A DNA stretch of 64,000 bases, from positions 62,001-126,000 of the forward strand of contig CAXHJY010000270.1 in the NCBI GenBank assembly GCA_964016885.1. The letters are read 5' to 3'. Origin of the DNA: Eledone cirrhosa. Lineage: Eukaryota. The notes below the pieces were generated by a model that did not search any database, was not told the origin of the DNA, and saw only the letters and a list, made by a program, of their open reading frames with translations. A program made the position numbers and the translations under genes. Below are positions 39,990 to 54,675 of the stretch, piece by piece; the stretch's first letter is position 1; every line of letters starts with the position of its first letter.

Positions 39990-42225
39990 CGCGTAACTCG
40001 TAACTCCTGATAGAGTGGTAGGGGCGCCGTATTGCCATACGGCTTTTCTTAAGCATTTTAAGCCTGGCAGAGCCCATCCCTCTCCAGGCCTGAGTACAGC
40101 AGATTTCTTCCAGAGAGAGGAAGAATCGACCCCAGTGTTAAACTGGTACTTTTTCCATCGACCTCCAAAGGGTGACAAGCAAAGTTGACCTTGGTGGGAT
40201 TTGAACTCGGAGAGCAGAGAACCGGAAGGAATGCCATAAAGAATTCTATCAGACGTTCTAACGACTCCACCATTCTATCTGACGTTCTAACCACTCTACC
40301 ATTCTATCAGACGTTCTAACCACTCTACCATTCCATCCGACGCTCTAACGACTCCACCATTCTATCAGACGTTCTAACCACTCTACCATTCTATCAGACG
40401 TTCTAACCACTCTACCATTCTATCCGACGTTCTAACCACTCTACCATTCTATCAGACGTTCTAACCACTCTACCATTCTATCAGACGTTATAACCACTCT
40501 ACCATTCTATCCGACGCTCTAACGACTCTACCATTCTATCAGACATTATAACCACTCTACCATTCTATCTGACGTTCTAACCACTCTACTATTCTATCCG
40601 ACGTTCTAACCACTCTACCATTCTATCAGACATTATAACCACTCTACTATTCTATCTGACGTTCTAACCACTCTACTATTCTATCAGACGTTCTAACCAC
40701 TCTACCATTCTATCAGACGTTCTAACCACTCTACCATTCTATCTAACGTTCTAATCACTCTACCATTCTATCTGACGTTCTAACCACTCTACCATTCTAT
40801 CTAACGTTCTAACCACTCTACCATTCTATCAGACGTTCTAACCACTCTACCATTCTATCTGACGTTCTAACCACTCTACCATTCTATCAGACGTTCTAAC
40901 CACTCTACCATTCTATCTAACGTTCTAATCACTCTACCATTCTATCTGACGTTCTAACCACTCTACCATTCTATCTGACGTTCTAATCACTCTACCATTC
41001 TATCTGACGTTCTAATCACTCTACCATTCTATCAGACGTTCTAACCACTCTACCATTCCATCCGACGTTCTAACCACTCTACCATTCTATCTGACGTTCT
41101 AACGGCTCGCCCATTCTATCTGACGTTCTAACCACTCTACCATTCTATCTGACGTTCTAACCACGCTACCATTCTATCAGACGTTCTAACCACTCTACCA
41201 TTCTATCAGACGTTCTAACCACTCTACCATTCTATCTGACGTTCTAACCACTCTACCATTCTATCTGACGTTCTAACAACCCTACCATTCTATCTGACGT
41301 TCTAACCACTCTACCATTCTATCAGACATTCTAACCACTCTACCATTCTATCTGACGTTCTAACCACTCTACCATTCTATCAGACATTCTAACCACTCTA
41401 CCATTCTATCAGACATTCTAACCACTCTACCATTCTATCTGACGTTCTAACCACTCTACCATTCTATCAGACATTCTAACCACTCTACCATTCTATCAGA
41501 CATTCTAACCACTCTACCATTCTATCTGACGTTCTAACCACTCTACCATTCTATCAGACATTCTAACCACTCTACCATTCTATCTGACGTTGTAACCACT
41601 CTACCATTCTATCAGACATTCTAACCACTCTACCATTCTATCAGACATTCTAACCACTCTACCATTCTATCTGACGTTCTAACCACTCTACCATTCTATC
41701 AGACATTCTAACCACTCTACCATTCTATCAGACATTCTAACCACTCTACCATTCTATCTGACGTTCTAACCACTCTACCATTCTATCAGACATTCTAACC
41801 ACTCTACCATTCTATCAGACATTCTAACCACTCTACCATTCTATCTGACGTTCTAACCACTCTACCATTCTATCCGACGTTCTAACCACTCTACCATTCT
41901 ATCCGACGTTCTAACCACTCTACCATTCTATCCGACGTTCTAACCACTCTAACAATCTATCTGACGTTCTAACCACTCTACCATTCTATCTGACGTTCTA
42001 ACCACTCTACCATTCTATCCGACGTTCTAACCACTCTACCATTCTATCTGACGTTCTAACCACTCTACCATTCTATCCGACGTTCTAACCACTCTACCAT
42101 TCTATCTGACGTTCTAACCAATCTACCACTCTACCTGACGTTCTAACGACACGACCATTCTATCCGACGCTCTAACGGCTCTACCATTCTATCTGACGTT
42201 CTAACGACACTGCCAATTCGCCGCT
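39990..42225 (-). mobile_element. tRNA-derived SINE split by internal tandem amplification
   Basis: 5' end (GGCGAATTGGCAG) at ~42225; B box and body at 39990-40245; intact relative at 55113-55395. Confidence 0.88.
40243..42212 (-). repeat. 29-bp satellite (about 68 units), CATTCTATCTGACGTTCTAACCACTCTAC
   Basis: Period 29 counted directly. Confidence 0.97.
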
Positions 42226-42247
42226 TACGTACGTACGTACATACATA

Positions 42248-42742
42248 GATGGTGGTTGTAAACTCTGCTAAGAGTACTGCAATCGCTTGTCAGATTATAG
42301 AGTTTAGTGCCCCTTTTAGGCTACAGCCAGCCACACGAACCTGTAACAGATACTGAACAAACAATGCCTGTGCTTTGAAGGTTTTTTAAGTGGGGAAGGG
42401 CCTTGCACTCGACCAATCCCACTCTTAAGCATCGAAAATACTACCCAAAGAGAAGAACTTGTCAACATCATCGGATGCTTCCGAAGCCGCAGGTTGTTTT
42501 GTTTTTCTTCAGTGTTTCCCTCTCCTAGAAAGGTGTTGTGACAACAACTGGGGGCCTTTCACTCCTGGTAAGACCCCCATCCACCCTTTGCCGGGTCTTG
42601 TATTTCATCCAGCAGGGTGTGCAAACATCACCCTCCTCACCAAGCTTGCTTGGTGGGGTTTCCGGTTTCGTCGACAACGCACCGACAATGAGACAGGTTG
42701 TACTGGGTTACATGTTACCAGGAGCACCCGAGAGCGACCTGA
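42248..42742 (-). mobile_element. Diverged member of the bipartite RTE-like family
   Basis: Reverse complement begins TGTCAGGTCGC...CTGGTAACATGTAACCCAGTACAACCTGTCTCA, as in 61415. Confidence 0.85.
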
Positions 42743-43057
42743 CACACACATACATACATACATACGTACATACGCGCATGTATAATTATGTTCATACATT
42801 CGTACACACGTACATACACAGAGATATTATTTTATTTCTCATTCTATCTACTGATGAAGTCGCTTTTCCTAATGTTTTCTTAGTATTGTTTCGAGAGCAA
42901 ATTCCAGACTACAATTTGCTGTCTATCGGCAAGAACTCAGCCGTCGGCCTTGACTCTCTACTATTCCAGGTATCGATTACGTTGTTGAATAATGGTGATA
43001 CTAGATTAAAGTTGATACAATCCTTATTCACATTTATTATTATTACTATATATTATG

Positions 43058-44135
43058 ATCTGAGCTCAAATCCCGCCGAGGTTAACTTTGCCTTTCATCC
43101 TTACGGAGTCGATAAAATAAAGTACCAGTAATGCACTGGGTAATTGCTGGCCTTGTGCCTAAAGTAGAAACAATTATTATTACTATATATTAAGGGCGGT
43201 GAATTGGCAGTATCGGTAGAGGGTCGGACTCCATGCTTTCCAGCATAGTTACGTCCCTTTACGATCTGAGTTCAAATCCCGCCGAGGTTGACTTTGCCTT
43301 TCATCCTTACGGGGTCGATAAAATAAAGTTCCAGTAATGAACTGGGATAATTGCTGGCCTTGTGCCAAAAGTAGAAACAATTATTATTACTATATATTAT
43401 GATCTGAGCTCAAATCCCGCCGAGCTTAACTTTGCCTTTCATCCTTATAGGGTCGATAAAATAAAGTTCCAGTCACGCACTGGGGTCGATTTAATCGACT
43501 TTTCCCTCCCCCAAATTACTGGCCTTGTGCCTATATAAGAAACCATTATTATTACTGTATATAAGGGCGGTGAATTGGCAGTATCGGTAGAGGGTCGGAC
43601 TCCATGCTTTCCAGCATAGTTACGTCCCTTTACGATCTGAGTTCAAATCCCGCCGAGGTTGACTTTGCCTTTCATCCTTACGGGGTCGATAAAATAAAGT
43701 ACCAGTAATGCACTGGGATAATTGCTGGCCTTGTACCAAAAGTAGAAACAATTATTATTACTATATATTATGATCTGAGCTCAAATCCCGCCGAGGTTAA
43801 CTTTGCCTTTCATCCTTATGGGGTCGATAAAATAAAGTTCCAGTCACGCACTGGGGGTCGATTTAATCGACTTTTCCCTCCCCAAAATTACTGGCCTTGT
43901 GCCTATATAAGAAACCATTATTATTACTGTATATAAGGGCGGTGAATTGGCAGTATCGGTAGAGGGTTGGACACCAGGCTTTCTAGCATAGTTACGTCCC
44001 TTTACGGTCTGAGTTCAAATCCCGTCGAGGTTAACTTTGCCTTTCATCCTTACGGGGTCGATAAAATAAAGTACCAGTAATGCACTGTGATAATTGCTGG
44101 CCTTGTGCCAAAAGCAGAAACAATTATTATTACTA
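43058..44135 (+). mobile_element. Tandem array of six SINE units (three truncated+full dimers, ~335-372-bp period)
   Basis: Units starting GATCTGAGCTCAAATCC alternate with full units starting AAGGGCGGTGAATTGGCAG. Confidence 0.92.
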
Positions 44136-44532
44136 TATATATATATATAAAAACATGAAGCAGAGAAAAACACATAAGTATGTGTTTAATTATTTCTTTC
44201 TCTCCCGATTTATAAAGAGCTCGGAATTTGTTCCTTTAACTTTATTTATATAGGTTTATTGTGAGCGTTTAACTCGACATTTCGATTTGATATATAATTT
44301 ATATAATATATATATAATATATAAGTATATGATATATATGTATATTATATTATATATATGTATATTATATTATATATATGTATATTATATTATATATATG
44401 TATATTATATTATATATATATATATGTATATTATATATATGTGTCAATTATATATAAAAATATATATATATATGAATTATATATAAATTATATGTTAAAT
44501 ATATATGAGTATATATAAATATATATATATAT

Positions 44533-44621
44533 ATAACGAAGGAAATGTGGTAAGGAACCAGATGGACCATAACGCACCAAAGTACTCAATACTTAGGGTA
44601 GTAGAGTGAGTAATACTCGTT

Positions 44622-44625
<4 letters not shown>
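44533..44625 (-). mobile_element. PLE-type terminal fragment, same family as 32580-32675
   Basis: GGACCATAACGCACCAAAGTACTCAATACTTAGGG is the reverse complement of 32610-32645. Confidence 0.8.
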
Positions 44626-44685
<60 letters not shown>

Positions 44686-45062
44686 AATTATATATATATT
44701 ATACGTAAATTATATATAAATACATATATATGTGAATTATATATATATTATATGTATATTATATGTAAATTATATATATGTATATTATATATATAAATTA
44801 TATATATATATATACATATATATATTATGTATGTATATTATATATATATATATTATATATATAAATTATATATATATATACATATATATTTATATAAATT
44901 ATATATTTTATATATATTTTATTATAAATATATTATATACATTTTTTATTATATGTATATATTATATTATATATTTTATTATAAATATATTATATACATA
45001 TTTTATTATATGTATATATTATGTATATATATTATACATATATATGTATATATTATATATGT

Positions 45063-45124
<62 letters not shown>

Positions 45125-45739
45125 TTTCATAAAATGACACACACTTTCATAAAATGACGCTGCAACCGAATCCGAGACCGCGTTTGCTTCTGTTAAAGCT
45201 ACCCCCAACCATTCCATAGATATTATTTAGATCCAAAGTGGACGACAATAGTAGTTGACAGTGTGAAATGTTTGTGAAGATAATATATAATGGGGGAGGG
45301 AAGGAGCAAAATATGTCGGGGAGTTGGCCTAGCAGGTGAAAGAAAAATATTATAGCTAAAAGTTTTAATAATGGCGATCGTAATTGGCACAAGTAATGGG
45401 AAAGACTATAAATTATGTCCGTTCATCTTTATAGTTGAAATATAAACTCACTATAAATCAAGTGTTATTAATACAAACACACAGAATCTCTTCTCATAAA
45501 TCAGACGAAATCAAACAAAACCCTCTCAACTAAACTATAGAGAAAGAGAAAGTGAGAGAAAAAACAGCAAAACAACTGAATTACAATCATACAAATTGGC
45601 TCAAGCTATTATTAATAATGGATAGAAGCCGGAAGTGGTGTATGAAGAGGAGGCTGGGAAGAGAAAGAAATATGAGATTTGCCATTTCTGTCAGAATATC
45701 TGAAATGAGGAATTTATCATTAGAATGGAGACAAGCAAT

Positions 45740-48700
45740 GGAACCGATGGTCAGATCGGACCGAGAAAACAATGCTTCCATTTGTTTTACCATTGCTGAT
45801 ACTGTCTATCAGTCACAACACTTGACAAGGGGAAAGGAGCTGATCATGAGATCAGACCAAGGAAGCAATATTTCCAATGGTTTTCCATTACTGATACTGT
45901 CTGTCAGTCACAGCACTTGGCCGAATAAAGGAGCTGATCGTCGGATAGAACCAAGGAAACAATGTTTCCATTGGTCTTTCATTACTGATACTGTCTGTCA
46001 GTCACAACACTTGACCGAAGAAAGGAGCTGATGGTAGGATAGAACCAAGGAAACAATGTTTCCACTGGTATTTCCATTAGTAATACTGTCTGTCAGTCAC
46101 AACACTTGACCGAAGAAAGGAGCTGATGGTAGGATAGGACCAAGGAGACAATGTTTCCACTGGTATTTCCATTACTGATACTGTCTGTCAGTCACAACAC
46201 TTGACCGAAGAAAGGAGCTGATGGTAGGATAGGACCAAGGAGACAATGTTTCCATTGGTATTTCCATTAGTGATACTGTCTGTCAGTCACAACACTTGAC
46301 CGAAGAAAGGAGCTGATGGTAGGATAGAACCAAGGAGACAATGTTTCCACTGGTATTTCCATTAGTGATACTGTCTGTCAGTCACAACACTTGACCGAAG
46401 AAAGGAGCTGATGGTAGGATAGGACCAAGGAAGCAAGTTTCCACTGGTATTTCCATTAGTGATACTGTCTGTCAGTCACAACACTTGACCGAAGAAAGGA
46501 GCTGATCGTAGGATAGGACCAAGGAGACAATGTTTCCACTGGTATTTCCATTGCTGATACTGTCTGTCAGTCACAACACTTGACCGAAGAAAGGAGCTGA
46601 TGGTAGGATAGAACCAAGGAGACAATGTTTCCACTGGTATTTCCATTAGTGATACTGTCTGTCAGTCACAACACTTGACCGAAGAAAGGAGCTGATGGTA
46701 GGATAGGACCAAGGAAGCAAGTTTCCACTGGTATTTCCATTACTGATACTGTCTGTCAGTCACAACACTTGACCGAAGAAAGGAGCTGATCGTAGGATAG
46801 GACCAAGGAGACAATGTTTCCACTGTTATTTCCATTACTGATACTGTCTGTCAGTCACAACACTTGACCGAAGAAAGGAGCTGATGGTAGGATAGGACAA
46901 AGGAGACAATGTTTCCACTGTTATTTCCATTAGTAATACTGTCTGTCAGTCACAACACTTGACCGAAGAAAGGAGCTGATCGTAGGATAGGACCAAGGAG
47001 ACAATGTTTCCATTGGTATTTCATTGCTGATACTGGCTGTCAGTCACAACACTTGACCGAAGAAAGGAGCTGATGGTAGGATAGGACCAAGGAGACAATG
47101 TTTCCATTGGTATTTCATTGCTGATACTGGCTGTCAGTCACAACACTTGACCGAAGAAAGGAGCTGATGGTAGGATAGGACCAAGGAGACAATGTTTCCA
47201 CTGGTATTTCATTGCTGATACTGGCTGTCAGTCACAACACTTGACCGAAGAAAGGAGCTGGTGGTAGGATAGGACCAAGGAGACAATGTTTCCACTGGTA
47301 TTTCCATTACTGATACTGTCTGTCAGTCACAACACTTGACCGAAGAAAGGAGCTGATGGTAGGATAGGACCAAGGAAACAATGATCCCACTGTTATTTCC
47401 ATTAGTGATACTGTCTGTCAGTCACAACACTTGACCGAAGAAAGGAGCTGATGGTAGGATAGGACCAAGGAGACAATGTTTCCACTGGAATTTCCATTAG
47501 TGATACTGTCTGTCAGTCACAACACTTGACCGAAGAAAGGAGCTGATGGTAGGATAGGACCAAGGAGACAATGTTTCCACTGGTATTTCATTGCTGATAC
47601 TGGCTGTCAGTCACAACACTTGACCGAAGAAAGGAGCTGATGGTAGGATAGGACCAAGGAGACAATGTTTCCACTGTTATTTCCATTAGTGATACTGTCT
47701 GTCAGTCACAACACTTGACCGAAGAAAGGAGCTGATGGTAGGATAGGACCAAGGAGACAATGTTTCCACTGGTATTTCCATTAGTGATACTGTCTGTCAG
47801 TCACAACACTTGACCGAAGAAAGGAGCTGATGGTAGGATAGGACCAAGGAAACAATGTTTCCACTGGTATTTCATTGCTGATACTGGCTGTCAGTCACAA
47901 CACTTGACCGAAGAAAGGAGCTGATGGTAGGATAGGACCAAGGAGACAATGTTTCCACTGGTATTTCATTGCTGATACTGGCTGTCAGTCACAACACTTG
48001 ACCGAAGAAAGGAGCTGATGGTAGGATAGGACCAAGGAGACAATGTTTCCACTGTTATTTCCATTAGTGATACTGTCTGTCAGTCACAACACTTGACCGA
48101 AGAAAGGAGCTGATGGTAGGATAGGACCAAGGAGACAATGTTTCCACTGGTATTTCCATTAGTGATACTGTCTGTCAGTCACAACACTTGACCGAAGAAA
48201 GGAGCTGGTGGTAGGATAGGACCAAGGAAACAATGTTTCCACTGGTATTTCCATTACTGATACTGTCTGTCAGTCACAACACTTGACCGAAGAAAGGAGC
48301 TGATGGTAGGATAGGACCAAGGAAACAATGATCCCACTGTTATTTCCATTAGTGATACTGTCTGTCAGTCACAACACTTGACCGAAGAAAGGAGCTGATG
48401 GTAGGATAGGACCAAGGAGACAATGTTTCCACTGGTATTTCCATTAGTAATACTGTCTGTCAGTCACAACACTTGACCGAAGAAAGGAGCTGATCGTAGG
48501 ATAGAACCAAGGAGACAATGTTTCCACTGGTATTTCCATTAGTAATACTGTCTGTCAGTCACAACACTTGACCGAAGAAAGGAGCTGATGGTAGGATAGG
48601 ACCAAGGAGACAATGTTTCCACTGGTATTTCCATTACTGATACTGTCTGTCAGTCACAACACTTGACCGAAGAAAGGAGCTGATGGTAGGATAGGACCAA

Positions 48701-51700
48701 GGAGACAATGTTTCCACTGGTATTTCCATTAGTAATACTGTCTGTCAGTCACAACACTTGACCGAAGAAAGGAGCTGATGGTAGGATAGGACCAAGGAGA
48801 CAATGTTTCCACTGGTATTTCCATTAGTGATACTGTCTGTCAGTCACAACACTTGACCGAAGAAAGGAGCTGATGGTAGGATAGAACCAAGGAGACAATG
48901 TTTCCACTGGTATTTCCATTAGTAATACTGTCTGTCAGTCACAACACTTGACCGAAGAAAGGAGCTGATGGTAGGATAGGACCAAGGAGACAATGTTTCC
49001 ACTGGTATTTCCATTAGTAATACTGTCTGTCAGTCACAACACTTGACCGAAGAAAGGAGCTGATGGTAGGATAGGACCAAGGAGACAATGTTTCCACTGG
49101 TATTTCCATTAGTAATACTGTCTGTCAGTCACAACACTTGACCGAAGAAAGGAGCTGATGGTAGGATAGGACCAAGGAGACAATGTTTCCACTGGTATTT
49201 CCATTAGTGATACTGTCTGTCAGTCACAACACTTGACCGAAGAAAGGAGCTGATGGTAGGATAGAACCAAGGAAACAATGATCCCACTGGTATTTCCATT
49301 ACTGATACTGTCTGTCAGTCACAACACTTGACCGAAGAAAGGAGCTGGTGGTAGGATAGGACCAAGGAGACAATGTTTCCACTGGTATTTCCATTAGTGA
49401 TACTGTCTGTCAGTCACAACACTTGACCGAAGAAAGGAGCTGATGGTAGGATAGAACCAAGGAAACAATGATCCCACTGGTATTTCCATTACTGATACTG
49501 TCTGTCAGTCACAACACTTGACCGAAGAAAGGAGCTGGTGGTAGGATAGGACCAAGGAGACAATGTTTCCACTGGTATTTCCATTAGTGATACTGTCTGT
49601 CAGTCACAACACTTGACCGAAGAAAGGAGCTGATGGTAGGATAGGACCAAGGAGACAATGTTTCCACTGGTATTTCCATTAGTAATACTGTCTGTCAGTC
49701 ACAACACTTGACCGAAGAAAGGAGCTGATGGTAGGATAGGACCAAGGAGACAATGTTTCCACTGGTATTTCCATTAGTAATACTGTCTGTCAGTCACAAC
49801 ACTTGACCGAAGAAAGGAGCTGATGGTAGGATAGGACCAAGGAGACAATGTTTCCACTGGTATTTCCATTAGTAATACTGTCTGTCAGTCACAACACTTG
49901 ACCGAAGAAAGGAGCTGATGGTAGGATAGGACCAAGGAAACAATGATCCCACTGTTATTTCCATTAGTGATACTGTCTGTCAGTCACAACACTTGACCGA
50001 AGAAAGGAGCTGATGGTAGGATAGGACCAAGGAGACAATGTTTCCACTGGTATTTCCATTAGTAATACTGTCTGTCAGTCACAACACTTGACCGAAGAAA
50101 GGAGCTGATGGTAGGATAGGACCAAGGAGACAATGTTTCCACTGGTATTTCCATTAGTAATACTGTCTGTCAGTCACAACACTTGACCGAAGAAAGGAGC
50201 TGATGGTAGGATAGGACCAAGGAGACAATGTTTCCACTGGTATTTCCATTAGTAATACTGTCTGTCAGTCACAACACTTGACCGAAGAAAGGAGCTGATG
50301 GTAGGATAGGACCAAGGAGACAATGTTTCCACTGGTATTTCCATTACTGATACTGTCTGTCAGTCACAACACTTGACCGAAGAAAGGAGCTGATGGTAGG
50401 ATAGGACCAAGGAGACAATGTTTCCACTGGTATTTCCATTAGTGATACTGTCTGTCAGTCACAACACTTGACCGAAGAAAGGAGCTGATGGTAGGATAGG
50501 ACCAAGGAAACAATGATCCCACTGTTATTTCCATTACTGATACTGTCTGTCAGTCACAACACTTGACCGAAGAAAGGAGCTGGTGGTAGGATAGGACCAA
50601 GGAAACAATGATCCCACTGTTATTTCCATTACTGATACTGTCTGTCAGTCACAACACTTGACCGAAGAAAGGAGCTGATGGTAGGATAGGACCAAGGAAA
50701 CAATGATCCCACTGTTATTTCCATTACTGATACTGTCTGTCAGTCACAACACTTGACCGAAGAAAGGAGCTGATGGTAGGATAGGACCAAGGAAGCAATG
50801 TTTCCACTGTTATTTCCATTAGTGATACTGTCTGTCAGTCACAACACTTGACCGAAGAAAGGAGCTGATGGTAGGATAGGACCAAGGAAACAATGATCCC
50901 ACTGTTATTTCCATTACTGATACTGTCTGTCAGTCACAACACTTGACCGAAGAAAGGAGCTGATGGTAGGATAGGACCAAGGAAGCAATGTTTCCACTGT
51001 TATTTCCATTAGTGATACTGTCTGTCAGTCACAACACTTGACCGAAGAAAGGAGCTGGTGGTAGGATAGGACCAAGGAAACAATGATCCCACTGTTATTT
51101 CCATTAGTGATACTGTCTGTCAGTCACAACACTTGACCGAAGAAAGGAGCTGATGGTAGGATAGGACCAAGGAAGCAATGTTTCCACTGTTATTTCCATT
51201 AGTGATACTGTCTGTCAGTCACAACACTTGACCGAAGAAAGGAGCTGGTGGTAGGATAGGACCAAGGAAACAATGATCCCACTGTTATTTCCATTAGTGA
51301 TACTGTCTGTCAGTCACAACACTTGACCGAAGAAAGGAGCTGATGGTAGGATAGGACCAAGGAAGCAATGTTTCCACTGTTATTTCCATTAGTGATACTG
51401 TCTGTCAGTCACAACACTTGACCGAAGAAAGGAGCTGGTGGTAGGATAGGACCAAGGAAACAATGATCCCACTGGTATTTCCATTAGTGATACTGTCTGT
51501 CAGTCACAACACTTGACCGAAGAAAGGAGCTGATGGTAGGATAGGACCAAGGAAACAATGATCCCACTGTTATTTCCATTACTGATACTGTCTGTCAGTC
51601 ACAACACTTGACCGAAGAAAGGAGCTGATGGTAGGATAGGACCAAGGAAACAATGATCCCACTGTTATTTCCATTAGTGATACTGTCTGTCAGTCACAAC

Positions 51701-54500
51701 ACTTGACCGAAGAAAGGAGCTGATGGTAGGATAGGACCAAGGAAACAATGATCCCACTGTTATTTCCATTAGTGATACTGTCTGTCAGTCACAACACTTG
51801 ACCGAAGAAAGGAGCTGATGGTAAGATAGGACCAAGGAGACAATGTTTCCACTGGTATTTCCATTAGTGATACTGTCTGTCAGTCACAACACTTGACCGA
51901 AGAAAGGAGCTGATGGTAGGATAGGACCAAGGAGACAATGTTTCCACTGGTATTTCCATTACTGATACTGTCTGTCAGTCACAACACTTGACCGAAGAAA
52001 GGAGCTGATGGTAGGATAGGACCAAGGAGACAATGTTTCCACTGGTATTTCCATTAGTGATACTGTCTGTCAGTCACAACACTTGACCGAAGAAAGGAGC
52101 TGATCGTAGGATAGGACCAAGGAAACAATGATCCCACTGTTATTTCCATTAGTAATACTGTCTGTCAGTCACAACACTTGACCGAAGAAAGGAGCTGATG
52201 GTAGGATAGGACCAAGGAAACAATGATCCCACTGTTATTTCCATTAGTGATACTGTCTGTCAGTCACAACACTTGACCGAAGAAAGGAGCTGATCGTAGG
52301 ATAGGACAAAGGAAACAATGATCCCACTGGTATTTCCATTACTGATACTGTCTGTCAGTCACAACACTTGACCGAAGAAAGGAGCTGATGGTAGGATAGA
52401 ACCAAGGAGACAATGTTTCCACTGGTATTTCCATTAGTGATACTGTCTGTCAGTCACAACACTTGACCGAAGAAAGGAGCTGATCGTAGGATAGGACCAA
52501 GGAGACAATGTTTCCATTGGTCTTTCATTGCTGATACTGTCTGTCAGTCACAACACTTGACCGAAGAAAGGAGCTGATCGTAGGATAGAACCAAGGAGAC
52601 AATGTTTCCACTGGTATTTCCATTAGTAATACTGTCTGTCAGTCACAACACTTGACCGAAGAAAGGAGCTGATCGTAGGATAGGACAAAGGAAACAATGA
52701 TCCCACTGGTATTTCCATTAGTGATACTCAGTCACAACACTTGACCGAAGAAAGGAGCTGATCGTAGGATAGGACAAAGGAAACAATGATCCCACTGGTA
52801 TTTCCATTACTGATACTGTCTGTCAGTCACAACACTTGACCGAAGAAAGGAGCTGGTGGTAGGATAGGACCAAGGAAACAATGATCCCACTGGTATTTCC
52901 ATTAGTGATACTGTCTGTCAGTCACAACACTTGACCGAAGAAAGGAGCTGATGGTAGGATAGGACCAAGGAGACAATGTTTCCATTGGTATTTCCATTAC
53001 TGATACTGTCTGTCAGTCACAACACTTGACCGAAGAAAGGAGCTGGTGGTAGGATAGGACCAAGGAAACAATGATCCCACTGGTATTTCCATTAGTGATA
53101 CTGTCTGTCAGTCACAACACTTGACCGAAGAAAGGAGCTGATGGTAGGATAGGACCAAGGAGACAATGTTTCCACTGCTATTTCCATTACTGATACTGTC
53201 TGTCAGTCACAACACTTGACCGAAGAAAGGAGCTGGTGGTAGGATAGGACCAAGGAGACAATGTTTCCACTGGTATTTCCATTAGTAATACTGTCTGTCA
53301 GTCACAGCACTTGACCGAAGAAAGGAGCTGATCGTAGGATAGAACCAAGGAGACAATGTTTCCACTGGTATTTCCATTAGTAATACTGTCTGTCAGTCAC
53401 AACACTTGACCGAAGAAAGGAGCTGATGGTAGGATAGGACCAAGGAGACAATGTTTCCACTGCTATTTCCATTAGTAATACTGTCTGTCAGTCACAGCAC
53501 TTGACCGAAGAAAGGAGCTGATCGTAGGATAGAACCAAGGAGACAATGTTTCCACTGGTATTTCCATTAGTAATACTGTCTGTCAGTCACAGCACTTGAC
53601 CGAAGAAAGGAGCTGATCGTAGGATAGGACAAAGGAAACAATGTTTCCACTGGTATTTCCATTAGTAATACTGTCTGTCAGTCACAACACTTGACCGAAG
53701 AAAGGAGCTGATGGTAGGATAGGACCAAGGAGACAATGTTTCCACTGGAATTTCCATTAGTGATACTGTCTGTCAGTCACAACACTTGACCGAAGAAAGG
53801 AGCTGATGGTAGGATAGGACCAAGGAGACAATGTTTCCACTGGTATTTCCATTAGTAATACTGTCTGTCAGTCACAACACTTGACCGAAGAAAGGAGCTG
53901 ATGGTAGGATAGGACCAAGGAGACAATGTTTCCACTGGTATTTCCATTAGTAATACTGTCTGTCAGTCACAACACTTGACCGAAGAAAGGAGCTGATGGT
54001 AGGATAGGACCAAGGAAGCAATGTTTCCACTGGTATTTCCATTACTGATACTGTCTGTCAGTCACAACACTTGACCGAAGAAAGGAGCTGATGGTAGGAT
54101 AGGACCAAGGAAGCAATGTTTCCACTGGTATTTCCATTAGTAATACTGTCTGTCAGTCACAACACTTGACCGAAGAAAGGAGCTGATCGTCGGATAGGAC
54201 CAAGGAGACAATGTTTCCATTGGTATTTCCATTACTGATACTGTCTGTCAGTCACAGCACTTGACCGAAGAAAGGAGCTGATGGTAGGATAGGACCAAGG
54301 AAACAATGTTTCCATTGGTATTTCCATTACTGATACTGTCTGTCAGTCACAGCACTTGACCGAAGAAAGGAGCTGATGGTAGGATAGGACCAAGGAGACA
54401 ATGTTTCCATTGGTCTTTCATTGCTGATACTGGCTGTCAGTCACAGCACTTGACCGAAGAAAGGAGCTGATGGTAGGATAGGACCAAGGAAACCATGTTT
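45740..54500. repeat. 95-bp satellite, about 92 units, highly homogeneous, SINE-tail derived
   Basis: Period 95 (49141 to 50281 = 12 units); edge units are more diverged. Confidence 0.98.
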
Positions 54501-54675
54501 ATATTAGTCTTTTCAATCCTTATACTGTGTGCCGGGCACAACTAATAGGGGAAGGAGCAGCGTGGAATAAAGTGTTTGACTAAAAATGAACCACAACGCA
54601 CCGTTCAGTCCCGTGATCTAATCTACGACCTTATTGTGAGTGCAACGACCTAAATATTAGATCACGTGTCGTCAG
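54500..54675 (-). mobile_element. Decayed tRNA/CORE SINE head contiguous with the 95-bp satellite
   Basis: GAAGGAGCAGCGTGGAATAAAGTGT...ACAACGCACCG, as in other CORE SINE copies read in reverse. Confidence 0.7.

Noticed and set aside
45740-54500. 95-bp unit as a satellite-borne hammerhead (CTGATGG...GGAAACAATGTTTCC)
   Set aside because: A9 is G, there is no proper stem II abutting GAAA, stem I does not pair, and many units read GGAGAC. A SINE-tail origin explains the unit.
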